A DNA stretch of 64,000 nt from Magallana gigas (Eukaryota), in assembly GCF_963853765.1 (NCBI RefSeq), contig NC_088855.1, forward strand, positions 49,600,001 to 49,664,000. Direction: 5' to 3'. Below, in pieces: positions 51,642-64,000 of this stretch. Below the pieces are notes generated by a model. It saw only the letters and a program-made list of their open reading frames with translations. It was not told the DNA's origin and made no database searches. Position 1 is the stretch's first letter. The number at the start of each line of letters is the position of its first letter. The translations under genes and the position numbers were made by a program.

Positions 51642-52960
51642 CACTCACAGATTAAAGTGAAAGTAAAACAGACTAAATGAAAGTCAGTTAAGTCTTACGT
51701 TGAATTATTCGCGTCACAATCCACAGGCAGTGGACGTTTCCGTTTGTTGAGGAAGGTTGAAATGATATGAAAGCCTTCTGATGTCTAATTGAATGAGTTG
51801 AACCACCCAGTAAAATGTCATTAATTCAAGATAAAAGTCATAGGTTTAGTAATGGTTAAAAATGTCCTAATTAATACTAGAAAGAAAGTCATAAAAAAAC
51901 AAATTGGTCGCTAAATTGCTGAAAATAAAAAGTTATTATTAGGAGATAGAAAATCATGATAAAGAAATAAAAAAAGCATTATTAGGTAACTGCAAAATTT
52001 TTTTATTATTATGAAAAGTTATATTTAGGAATTTGCAAAGTCGTATTTTTGAGTTTTGACATTAAAATATATCGATACAAGACAAATGAATTTTGCAAAT
52101 TCATGTCTTGATAAATTTCACTCTACCTAATAAAAGTATGCCCCTACACTTTATTATTGTTATGCTGTATAACAAAAAATAAATTGAAGAAGCTAATTTT
52201 AATTAGAGTGAATAAATTTCAACAGGGGCTAATATAATGCATGTACTTAGTATACAAGTCCCTGATTTTGATAATCGGGTCCCTCTCCGCACATAGTGTT
52301 AACAATGCGTTTCACATAGCCACTGCACATTAGCTTTTTATATAGTTTAGGCAAATAGTATGCATCTTTATGTATATATGAGAACAATTGTTAATTTGGA
52401 AGGAAACTAAGAATATTGCACAATAAAAAGTTCCTTACTCCAAAAGTGAGGCATTTTCCAACACTGCACTTGTCAATCATATAACATTAAATCAACAAAA
52501 AATCAAAAGGGAGAGTTATAATCATTTAATAATTAACAATGAAGAATAGGAATTTTGTACAATATACCGGGTAAACAAAACTCAACATGCATCATTGTAG
52601 TGTACAAATTCATATAAAAATGGAATAACAATTTTAAACAAACAGACTCTATGCAGCCATTTAGTACATACTGCACACAATCAGCATGACATTATTCTTT
52701 CACAAGCCTACAAAACATTCAATTACTCTGCCAGGTTTCTAAAATTATTTTTCATATTGCATATTTTTATTAAGCAACAGTGACAGATGTCATAATTTAA
52801 TTTATCAATTTTACTTGCATTCTGGTGATCGAATCATACATAATTTGTCCCTTACATCAAAATGTTATTGTTACATCCATCCTCCCATCCACACACATAT
52901 AAAATGGAATTACAGCAAATATCACAGAATTAAATATATCACAAGAGCAGTACGCAGCAC

Positions 52961-55900
52961 TCAAGCAGGAGTTATGTTAAGTTTAAAGCGAAACTTTTGG
53001 TTGACGTCTCTCTTTTCGAAGGGATACCAGAAAATGAAGTTGACATCCCAGACATTGTTGAACAGGTTGAATGCCATTCCATCCACAGCCTTGATCGGCT
53101 TAAGAGGGACAGGAATAACACTGGGACGGCTTCCTGGGGTCAGCACATTGACGACGGCCACATCAGGCGACTCGATGGATAGACCTTGGTTTCTACTGTC
53201 TGTGTAATACACACCTTTGTCTACCGCTGAAAAATAGTATAATGGAAGCCACTAGTTAATAGACATTCCCATTTCAAGCTTACCTGTTTTATGAAAGATG
53301 TAGGAAACAATTTAACTAAAATCATGAAAATATAATCAGCTATTCTCACCATGCAGAATCTGGCTCCCGTTTAGAATGACATTAAGAGGATCAATAAACT
53401 GTCCAACTTTGTGGAGTTTCCAACTCAGTTTGGGATTGCTGATTGGACGAAACATGAAGTAAATCGACTCTGGCATTCGAGTTGGTGGTTTCTGAAACCA
53501 CTGGAGTTCAACATCAATGCCTACAATATTCCAAATACAAAATTTTAGTTTTTATACATTCAAATAAAAAAAAAGAATTATATAAACATTGGCATTTGAA
53601 ATAACACATTCAGGCATTGGGCCAATATAAACTTAGATCTTGAGAAGATATACATGGAGGTACTAGACTAAGTAAACTATTTTAATTTTAAAAATTACTG
53701 TTAAAATGCAACATTTTCACATGATCATATCAATAAATATAAAATAGTTGAAATACATGTATGCAGTCAATTAAAAGGCTCTATTAGCTCTATTTTTCAT
53801 TGTTCAAAAATCATTTTAAAAGTCTCTGGGTTGTAGTTATCAAGAGTGCCATGAAATTTTATCTTTAGTTAGACTAGTGTAAATTTATTATTCATAAAAT
53901 GTGTATAATCTACATTACTAGACATTTGTTTGGAGACAACATTCCCTGTGTATTTGACGTAGATCACTGCTGGAGCGCCATAATTTGACATACTGGTCGG
54001 ATCGGACATTTGAAGATGGAGAATAAAACTACATCCCTCTACAAAAGAACAAAATACTCATGCTAATCTCTTCCTTTCTGATAAAGAAAAACCACAGTGT
54101 TTCTGTTTTGTGAAATCCTGATTACCTTTACTCTTAAACAAATCCTGCATGGAGACATCCCAGTATCCACTTGTGGCATTAGCCTCCGATATGTTGGGCT
54201 TTCCTATGCCCAGCTGAAAGCGTGGGGAGTATGGATAATTCCGGTTAAAGAAGTCAAAATCTGTCTGGTTAAGTGTTTGGTATACAAATGCCCCTAGAGG
54301 GTGGGTGTTGTCTGCCCATACATTCTGTGAAAAACATTTTAAAGCTATTGTACATGTACCTCACATACTGTAAAGCAATATGCAACTTTTATTTTCTCCA
54401 TGCTGTTTTCTCCAGTTTTCATAAAACAGGGTTGTCTCCAAGACCCGTGAGGCGGGGGAATTCGCCCGCCTATAATGCCTTAATTACCCAGCTATTATTG
54501 AATTTCAACACAATGTAGCTATAAGCAAGACCCCAAGACCCCCTTCTACTTTTTTTATTTCTACCTTCTACTTCAATTTTTAGAGACAACCATGATAAAA
54601 ACATGTTTTCAAACAGTTTTGATTTTCAGATTATCTAATGTGCATACATAGGAACATAACTTCATATTTGGCTATTTAACTGCTCAAGTAGATCAAAGTA
54701 ATGGTAATGCCCCCCCCCCCCCCCCCCCAAAAAAAAAAATAAAAATAAAAAAAATTCTCTTCTGATATTATTATTTTCACTTTGAAAGCATTGAAAAATT
54801 TTGAGAACTTACCTGACTTGCAGGGTCTTTCAAATGTATTAAAGAACCCTTGCTATCAAATTGAAATTCAAAACCATTGGAACATTTCTGTATCTCTGAA
54901 GGTGTACCAACATTGTCAAATCCTGTTAAAAAATTAATATTTAAAATGTTTTTGAAAATATGACATAAAAAGTACATTTTGCTACAGTTTTTATTTTGTT
55001 TATTTGCTGATGGAATCAATAAATTAATCTAACTCTGCATTGGTCAAAACCTATTTTTTTTTTATTTATATCAACACTGCATTCATTAAAAATTTTCATT
55101 ATAAAAAATAATTTAGCACTGGATTGGGAAAAGAAATCAATAAAACATATTTTGTAATGGAAAATAACCTAATCACAAAAATCTAATTCCGAGCAGATTT
55201 CAGTTAAAATATATGAAATCTTAATATAGAATATAAAGACTGTTACTATTTTAAGAGGATCTATGTGAGTCATATTTGAATGTGAAATGTGCAAATGACC
55301 CGGTTAAAGGTTTCTTACTTTATCAAAAGCTCAACATCATTTCAATTCAAATTCAGAAAAAAAGTATAAGTCATATATATGAGATGCACAGTTTAACTAC
55401 TGTCAAAGCTACTTTGACAGAAACTTATTAAGGGTAAGATGATGTAATCAGTATTGCAATTTTTCAGGATAGGCATACATGTACCTATTAACCTTTCTAA
55501 GTTACTATTAAGTAGGAGAATCCCTTTTACCAACTTGATTTAGGGAGAGATTTTGCATAAACATCACTTAGTCAAAACCGGAAGTAATCATAGAAAGTAA
55601 ACTAAACAAAAACATGCCACACTATAATTACAGTAGACAGCTCTTATATGGATATTTTGGAGTAAAAATCACAGAAAACCAAACCTTTCATAATTGTTGC
55701 AATAAGCATGCCAAGAATCATAAGTTGCAAGAGAATTTAGTATCACATGCAGATCGAGATTGGTGTAAGATTTTAGATCTTTGCAGAAATCTCCTACAAG
55801 ATGTGGGAGGGTTAAAAGGTAAGGCAAAGGTGGGTAGAGCAGAGATATAACTGCTAGGTCTTTTTATAAATACAGCTGTATACCAGGGTATCATTGCCCA

Positions 55901-58900
55901 TTCATTTAACCTTTAACACATGAAAGAGTACTGGTAACTAATTCTCACCTGAAAAGTTTTAACTCTCAACAGACATGTTTGGTCCTGACCTGTCATATTT
56001 GGCTTTTACTAGACATGTCTGGTATAAACTGGCATATTTGGTTCTCACCTGACATATTGGGCTTTTTGGCCTGGATCAGTCCTAGCTGGTGGACAATCTC
56101 TGTGGCCAGGGTATGATTTCCCAGAGCCTCCAGTCCCAGGTTTGTAAAGTTACGCTGTTCTTGCCAAGACAGTGTGCCATTCACAAAACCATAGCCTATT
56201 TGTAAGTAAATATGCAGATAGATAAAATGTACATTGTAGATACTGGTAGTTTTGTCTGGTCAAGGTACATGTACATTAAAGTTAATGTACACTAATGTAG
56301 TGATCCAACTTACTTAGATTACTCATGATTGGATAAAATGCATCATTGCTCCAGTGATGACTGTCAAACACACTGCTAAGTCCCCAGGTGTGTTCACCAT
56401 GTTTCAGGAAAAAAACGCTGGCATTGTAAAATCTAGGATCCGACAGAGAGCAGCCTATTGTATTAAATACACACACAAAACATGACAATCATGAATGCCA
56501 TAACATTCTATAAGTAAAGTACCAGGTACCGGCAGTATGTCACATTTGTTACATTATTGATTATAACATATCATAATTATGTACCGGTAGGTATATTTGT
56601 ACATGCATCTACGGTAAGTGTGCTGCATTGTACTATAACATATGGGGTAAAGAAACAGTCAAAAATGACACACAAACCGGATTCACTCTGTAGACATTTG
56701 GTCCTGGCTCGGAACACTGCCCTCATCTCTGCCACTTTACGTGGATCAGATGCGGATCCCTGTATCCAGGTATCTCCAAACTCCTTTGTAATCACAGGAA
56801 GCTTGGACTTGTATGGCATCAAGGCCTCAACAAAAGCCTCTAGGGAGGAGGACTGAACATCTGCTCCAGGAAACTGGGATCTCGCTATCTCATAATAGCC
56901 AAGGACCTCCTACAAAATCAAAATCAGACATATACCAGTTGTTATAGAGGTTAAAAAAGAAATCAGTCTAGAGAACTCAAGAGTAATTCAGGTACCTGGA
57001 AATCTTCAATCGGAAGTACAAGTTTTCTATGTGAATTCTAAATTTTCTCTATTTTTATGAATCAAAGGAAGAAACCTACCTCATAATCCATTGGTGGTCC
57101 AGAGTTGTCTGTTCTGAATGCAAAGCAGAGAGCATGATCAAAGCCTGGAAACGTGGCACAATCCCTCCGAGACAGGCCATAAGGCTTTGCTGGGTTGGGG
57201 CCAGGGTTCTCAGGGTAACCACCTGTAAGTGATATACGATGAAGAAGAATTTATATTTATCACAGCAAAATGTTGTAGCCCATTTTAACAAAGGCTAAAC
57301 AAATTTCATCCGAGTTATTCTATATATATATGCTTAACACTGTAAATTTCTTATTTTCAAAAGTACTAAATACTACGACTCCACTGTTTTGTATCAAATT
57401 GCAAAAACATAAAATAGCAATCCCCAATATTTTGTTATTACATGTGTTTCCTATTGTTTAAAACTGTCTGAAAAATAAATGCGAAACTTTAAAATCTGTG
57501 AGGGTTAAAATGCTTCTTGCGATTTTACACAGAAATTAATTCCTCATGTTTATTTAGGAATTTACAGCACTTATCATTAAGAATATAATTTAGGCACTAC
57601 CATGTTCTTTTTTTTTTTTCATTATCTTGAAAACTCTTTCAATTACTTTGATACAATTTACAAATAATAAATTGTGGCTTTTATACTTGAATCTGAAAAA
57701 ATAAATAGCAAGATCAGGAAACAAATATACATGTAATTTAATACATGTACCATTCATATATCATCTTTTTAAAACAATTTTTGTGTTTTCTATAGCAAAG
57801 TCTCTTTCTTCTGCGATAAGTGCCATTAAATGCAGGGATAATATTAAAACTAAAATCTACCTGGGTGCCAGATTCCAATGACAGAGCTGTTTTTAAATTT
57901 CCAGTTAAAGATGGGAGGGACAGCAGGAGGGGCTGTTACAGTGTTGACACCTACACTAACAGCCTCTATTCCCAGGTCTGTCAAGATTGGCAAGACAGCC
58001 TGGGTCATTGCTGAAAATTACAACCAGAGAAAAATGAAAATATACAGAGTTCAAGGTTTGTTTTTATAAACTATGTTAAATAATCACCTTGATATTAAAA
58101 CTAGACCATATTATTGATTTGAATCATGTTCATGTTTCTGAAATTTATAAAATCTGCAAAAATTCCTGTTAACACAAATTGATTATTGGAGAAAAGATAG
58201 ACAAAATAAAAACACTGCATTGATGGACGAGTATGGGACTCACCCGGAACATCTCGTTGACTGAGCGTCCTGTATTTCCTTTTGATTCCCAGCTCCTTGT
58301 CTAAGTCTATACTGAGCTGCACACCAAAACCCACCATCATAGGGTCCATGGTCTCCATGTACATGTTCATAGGCCCTGCGTGCCAGGTGATGTCCCCGCG
58401 TCTTGCTGCAGCTATGAACTTTGCCTTTTCTGTCTCATTAGGACACTACGTGAAACGAAAGACCATTTCATTGAAAACATAATTTGGACATAAGTGATGA
58501 AGAATATCAAAATGTACCATAACCAAGAGTACTTAGAAACTGAATTTTGAAGTTTGGTCGAGACATTAGAAATGTATGTCAAAGTACCTTAATCAAATAA
58601 TCAGGGAACAAACTGGAAAAAAATCTAGAAAACAATACCGGACATCCTAACAATGAACTAGAAGATGAGGTACATGAACAATATATATTACACAGTACCT
58701 GTAGTTTTATCCCTGATAGGACCAGGTTGGGGGGACAGTGTAGGTACAGCCTGACCAGCCAGGGGTGGGTCGTATAAATCTGCTTCTCATAGTAACCCAA
58801 CTCTCTCAGGGTAGCGGAAGTATTGATTGAGCGAGGGAAGTACTCAACAAAATACTTGTTTATCACATTGTTCACAAAGCCGAGCTCCTCAGGTAGCAAC

Positions 58901-61900
58901 CCATCATATCCCACATCTTTCAAATGAAAAAAAGATATGACAACTGTACAGTTACAAGTCATTGTTTCATTCAACAACTGTACAGTTACATTTACATGTC
59001 AGTATTTCATTCATTAAAATAAGTAAAAAATGTCTACACAAAGACAGAAAAAAGGCACAAGAGACTATGCATGGAGTTTCAGTCCATTTGATGAAAAGGC
59101 ATTTTTGTTACCTGGTTTATTAAAATAACAATATGTTTTGTGACCACGGAGCATGGTGTCGATCAAAATACACATCAAGATGACACAAATGTGCAAATAA
59201 TTTTTTTACTTATAACTGGCAACCATTGAGCATTTTCACATTATATGTATCGGCTTTTTCCCTGAGTTAAATAAATACATCTGGAACTTCTCATTGCACT
59301 GTGACGTCTGGGGACTTCAACATTTTTAGTCAGTATTAGAGAGAACTATCTGTCTTTAGTAACTGATTTCTGTTCAACAAAACAATATATCATGTCATTA
59401 TTTGGTACATAGAATATAATGACAATACTTTAGGTTCTAATATTATTTGGTTTTAAGTCGAATTTATAGAGATATTTATACTTTTGACATATTTTTAAGT
59501 GGATTAATTATTGTTGACATAACATAAATTTGGACCTCATTTTTACAAGATTAGATTTTAAATAATTCTTAGAAATAAATAAAGGAATATATTAACTTTA
59601 TTGATTCAAAATTGTTTGAAACAATTCTTTAATTATTTCTACAAAATTATGTGTCAAGGATCCTCAAACCCCTTACGTCTACTTTTATGACAGCTAGCTA
59701 GTACGTCACAACATGGTGATTTTAGCGCATTGTAAAACAGTTTGTATCGCAAAATTTTTATGTCTATCCCTGTGGTGCAATGGATGTGGCTTCAACTTAC
59801 CGACTCGCAGGTCCCAAGTTTGAATACTGTAGGGACTTTTATTTTCATTAATAGGGGTAAAATTTAAAAAAAGTTTGTTTCTTCCCCAACATTGAAATTT
59901 TTTCTGTCATTTTCAAGTCAAACACATGCTAGAAATCGATATCTTTAAATAATTTAGTAGAATGAGCTTGTATGCAGAACTTTTCCCAGGTGTGTGGTCA
60001 GTGTGGAGGACACGTAAGTAAAAAAGCTATGGCAAAATTCTTTGTAATTTTTTATTGGCCTTTCTTTTAAAATATTAAATATTGTAGTGTGGTATGACAC
60101 AATATATCATATAATATCATATGGTATAGAGTTGTATGATAATCATGTTATTTGAAAATTTTACACTGTATTGTATGATACAATATGATATTTTATTATA
60201 CTTTCATGTTAAATACTGAAATCTGATTGGTTTATACGCAGTTGATAATCCGTACTATTACCCTCAGCGTTAGCAACACACTTAGCAACGGGTAACACAA
60301 CGAATTGTTACATGCGCGTACGGTTCGCCGTAGAAATCACCTCATTTCTATGTAAAAGCAGTAATAATTTCCCTAAAATTAAGACATTCGGTATAATAAA
60401 ATAGATAGTGCCTGTTTGGGAGGATAACAGTTCAAATTGACACCCCTCGAAAACCATTGTCAACCTCCGCTTCGCGTCGGTTGACAATGGTTTTCTCAGG
60501 GTGTCAATTTCAACTGTCACCCTCCCAAACAGGCACTATTTATATAGTGTCAAATGATAAATAACATAAGATATATCATACTGTATGATACAATATGATA
60601 TTGTATATGAACACACCTATGGATTCATCATCTAAGCCTGTCAAGTGCATAAGTACTATAAGACACTCCATCCATACAAGTTGGTAAAGACTGAACCAAT
60701 AATAACTAAGATTTGTCTATCAAAGGGCACCTGCTTCAAAAACTTTAACTCATGCAGATATGCAATAAATGTCTAAAGTGTGAACGCAAGTTGTCACCTA
60801 TATGTTAAAGAGATTTCCTTGCAAAATGTGTTTGTTTCAATATTTCAAAATATATACATTTATAATCATGTTTATATAAACTTTGTGCAAAAAAAAGTTA
60901 TAATTGACAGTCTATAGTATCCCTTTCCTTAGTTTTATCTTGTATTTGATCAAATTCAAAATTAATACCTTTTAAATATTTGTATCAGTGCTATACATGT
61001 ATTTGGAAGGGGTTACCAAAAGTATGATGTTATCATGTCAACTTCCGTCCACCCTTTAGCCTTTTTTCGCATATCTAATACAGTTGATGTAGACTGAGGG
61101 GTGATGTTTATAAATGACAGGTGTAATGCACCATTCTGGTTGAATTGGTTGTAAGCTTAGATGTTGAATGACTGACCGGGAGAAGGAGAGGATCGCAAAA
61201 TATTTTTACTGATGAATTTTAAGCAAAAATTTCACTTGATGTGACAGTTTGAAATAAATCCAAGATGGCAGAGATGGGTACCTTGTGTATTAACTATTAT
61301 TTGGTAAATGATATTCATTTTCATTATGAGAAAGATTTGTAACATCAGGGAGGTAGGTGCCTCTGTGTATAACTTACCAAGGTGGTTCATGAATAACAAA
61401 TGTACATGCTTGATATCCTCACACTTGATGGTCAAAACTAGAGTCAAGGTCAACAGAGTTTTAATCTGAAAGATAAACCATTTAGTAGGATAAAATATTT
61501 GACTTTTATTAAGGTTTCTAGATTTATTGCACAATAATGTCACTTCAGTTTAAAAGATATGTCATAATTAGTTTTGTCATCATGAGTGAATTAGGTTCTA
61601 ATTTCAGCCCCTTTCTCCTATCAAATGTCACATATTTTTTAAAAAAATGAACCTGTACTATTACCCCTTTTTTGTCCCCCCCCCCCCAAATAAATAAATG
61701 GGGAACTTTTATGATTTTGAAAAGTAAAAGAGAAGAACATTACAGTTTAAAAAATCTGGAATTAAAACAAATCACTGGGATCAAAATTAACTTTTTTGAC
61801 TGCTCGCAAAGAACAAGGGACGTTATTAGCCGTATTTGGCCGCAAAATTTATCATATTTTCAACGTCTTAGTTTTGTTTTTTGATGTGGTGCATTGTACT

Positions 61901-62735
61901 AAGTTCGATACTGGCTAAATTCTACAGGCACCAAAATGACGTCATTTTTCATTATGACGTCACTAGTGTACGCTAAACATGGAATGATCTCCAAAAATCG
62001 TTATAATATATAGAAATATGAATAATCTTTGCTAAAATTAAAACCTTTCACATGCATTAACCACTTTTATATTTAACATACTCATTTTCTGTATCATAAC
62101 AAATTCATATACTGAAAATGGTGACGGTTAATAACTGTGAACAATGTGAATTTTAGCAAAAAGGATTAAAATATTGCACATTTTATTATAAAAAAAAAAA
62201 AAAACAACGTAATTCAAACAACGCGATCCGACACGGACTGTTACTCGGCGTAATACGTGGTTTTTACCGGTGAAAGAGGGTTTATCTAATAAAAATCTAA
62301 AATAATTTTTTGTATACGTAAGAGAAGCCAAACGGAAAAAAGAAATAGAAATTGCAACCGAAAAATAAATAAATTGATAAATAAATAAAATTACAACACA
62401 CACACACTATTTAGATGTAAACGATTATGTAAAATTTTTACATTGGATTTTTGTTGAGATCATAACAGAAAATAATCGCCGACATATTGAAAGGATTGAT
62501 CAAAGCACTAATAATTTCTTCTTTAAGTAAACAGTTTATGTTTAAGTCCATTTGTATCCGTCATATGTGATCGAAGTAGTTTAATCAATCGTAAAACCAG
62601 AACAGACGTTAGACATATTGTCATATTGTCTTCGTCTTCTGTGATCTTTTCTTACTTTCGACTAGTACCGATGGTCGGCTGATTAAATAGACAAGTTCGC
62701 AATTGCTGAATATTCACCTGTAACTTCGTGGGCAT
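52961..62735 (-). CDS. Secreted or lysosomal glycoside hydrolase family 38-like (DUF5054-type) protein, 14 exons
   Basis: Exons 62735-62718 (MPTKLQ, tentative), 61465-61378, 58916-58699, 58445-58244, 58010-57861, 57222-57080, 56909-56678, 56454-56314, 56195-56049, 54922-54813, 54324-54126, 54038-53919, 53520-53350, 53226-52961, all frame-consistent. Signal peptide; HVHLLFMNHLDVG, YTTHPWL, QRDVPG, KPPTRMPES and FNLFNNVWDVNFIFWYP motifs. Family assignment is from recalled motif similarity. Confidence 0.85.
59654..60017. mobile_element. Older, degenerate relative of the 19844 MITE with a tRNA-like core
   Basis: GTACGTCACAACATGGTGATTTTAGCGCATTGTAAAACAGTTTGTATC aligns with CTACGTCACAAGATGGCGATTTAAATGCTTTGTTAAACTGTTTGTATC at about 19881; followed by GTGGTGCAATGG..AAGTTTGAATAC. 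Termini are decayed. Confidence 0.6.
60197..60545. mobile_element. Non-autonomous repeat ending in an about 64-bp-stem hairpin; family unassigned
   Basis: Arms 60402-60465 and 60479-60542 are near-perfect inverses around the loop TCCGCTTCGCGTC. Left boundary approximate. Confidence 0.6.
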
Positions 62736-63681
62736 TGCTTCAATTTATCGAGGAAAAGGGTTCCGCGCCTGACCGCCGCGCTTATATTTCAAGGAGGCCG
62801 ATTTGGGTTTTTTTGCAAAAAAACTACAATAGCATAACTCTTTATTTTTTAACCATATGTAATTTAAACCAACTCTAGTTTATATGCGAAGGTTCATGAA
62901 AATCGACCGTCTGGTTTTTTTAGGGACCATCTCAAAATAGAGGTACATTTACATCTTTCTATCAACAAATTAATAAATTGGTTGAATAAAGTCAGAAAAA
63001 TTAACAAAATAATTGTTACGTACATCAGTGCGTTAAGTATAAGAAACAGCCAAATCGTCTGCTATTGGAATTTGATTCTGACATCACCATGATTATTTCG
63101 TGTAGTCCGGGATTTTTTTTAAGTTGCTGAAGGTTTCGACCGATCGATAAACTAGTAAGAACTAGATCGTTTATACTTCAGTTCTGTCAATTTCAACAGA
63201 GCTATGAATGTACAATCCATTTTCGTAATAAAATAGAGGGAATCATACTTGGTGGATGTAAATAATATATTCATTTACCTCTACTGGCTTTCGAGTATTT
63301 ATCTGCAGTACTGATTCCCTAACTATGTCGGGTTAGTTAAAACGAAATTCTTATTCTAAACAAAGGGAATGGAAAGTTTGGAAATAAATATTAATACCAA
63401 AAAATAAAACATAAAAAAAATAAGAGAAATGTTTGGTTGTGTTAAAATCCAGTTTAGCCTGTCCGTCATGTTTATGACGCCGCGTTAAAGGCTTCGTAAA
63501 ATGTCGACGTTTCGTTTTAAAAAGGCGCCGTGTTTAACGTAAAATGTATCATACTTACACTAAAGTTATATGAATAAATCATATACCATTGAGTTTTGTT
63601 TATTCTTGGCTTTTGAAAATGGTAGGTATCATTAGATTTTAAAACACGGCATTTTTTGGCCAATAACGTCCCTTGTTCTTT
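61808..63681. mobile_element. Pair of inverted MITE-like ends (AAAGAACAAGGGACGTTATT(A/G)GCC) 1.9 kb apart
   Basis: 23/24 inverted match between 61808-61831 and 63658-63681. No clear TSD, so these may be two truncated copies rather than one element. Confidence 0.5.
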
Positions 63682-64000
63682 TATCTATTGGAATATTTTT
63701 TTTACTCACAAAATTAAACTTTCACTAGCATTTTTTCATCTCATAGTAATAATTTCATAAAAAAACTTATTTTCTGTAGTAAATACTGTAAACATCTATA
63801 TCTATTAATATCATCTGTAATGGCGACATACACGGATATTATGAATACATAGAGCTGAAATCACGGTGGCTTAATGTTTAGGAGAAAATTGTCTGATCAC
63901 GAACAATTACCGGTAAATTAAAAACACATGAACTTATGTTTCATTATCTACAGTATTTTTAACATAAGCTTCGAAATCTAAAAGGAAAAGACCCTTATTT

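Noticed and set aside
55940-56050. Additional GH38-like exon from duplicated donor-like sequence
   Set aside because: Partial duplications of the 56049 donor region lack a usable acceptor and frame; exons 56195-56049 and 54922-54813 already join in phase.

Overview
AT-rich, intron-rich animal genomic DNA, probably a bivalve such as an oyster (inferred from repeat style; not verifiable here). Splice-consistent host genes: the 3' part of ENY2 (+, 52-2440); an unrecognised gene with two alternative 3' ends (+, 3450-12185 or 14920); UBE2C (+, 28616-47601); an MCUR1/CCDC90B homologue (-, 48580-51641); and a secreted GH38-like/DUF5054-type gene (-, 52961-62735). The most striking object is a 12.6-kb element (28876-41461) in UBE2C intron 1. 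It has TA on both sides, 37-bp terminal inverted repeats (TIRs) and inward arrays of a 62-bp subterminal repeat. It carries an antisense, spliced gene for a P-loop AAA+-type ATPase (motif pattern resembling DUF927/Cch-like phage and ICE helicases) fused to a C-terminal PHD finger, and I found no DDE transposase in it. A second large structure (20741-28241) is a 7.5-kb non-coding foldback whose mirror arms each contain three nested tandem-repeat modules, including a 177-bp satellite. There are also several MITEs (three with tRNA-like cores), LINE remnants, minisatellites, microsatellites and one assembly gap. All exon structures were read by eye from GT-AG sites and frame continuity; no database searches were run.
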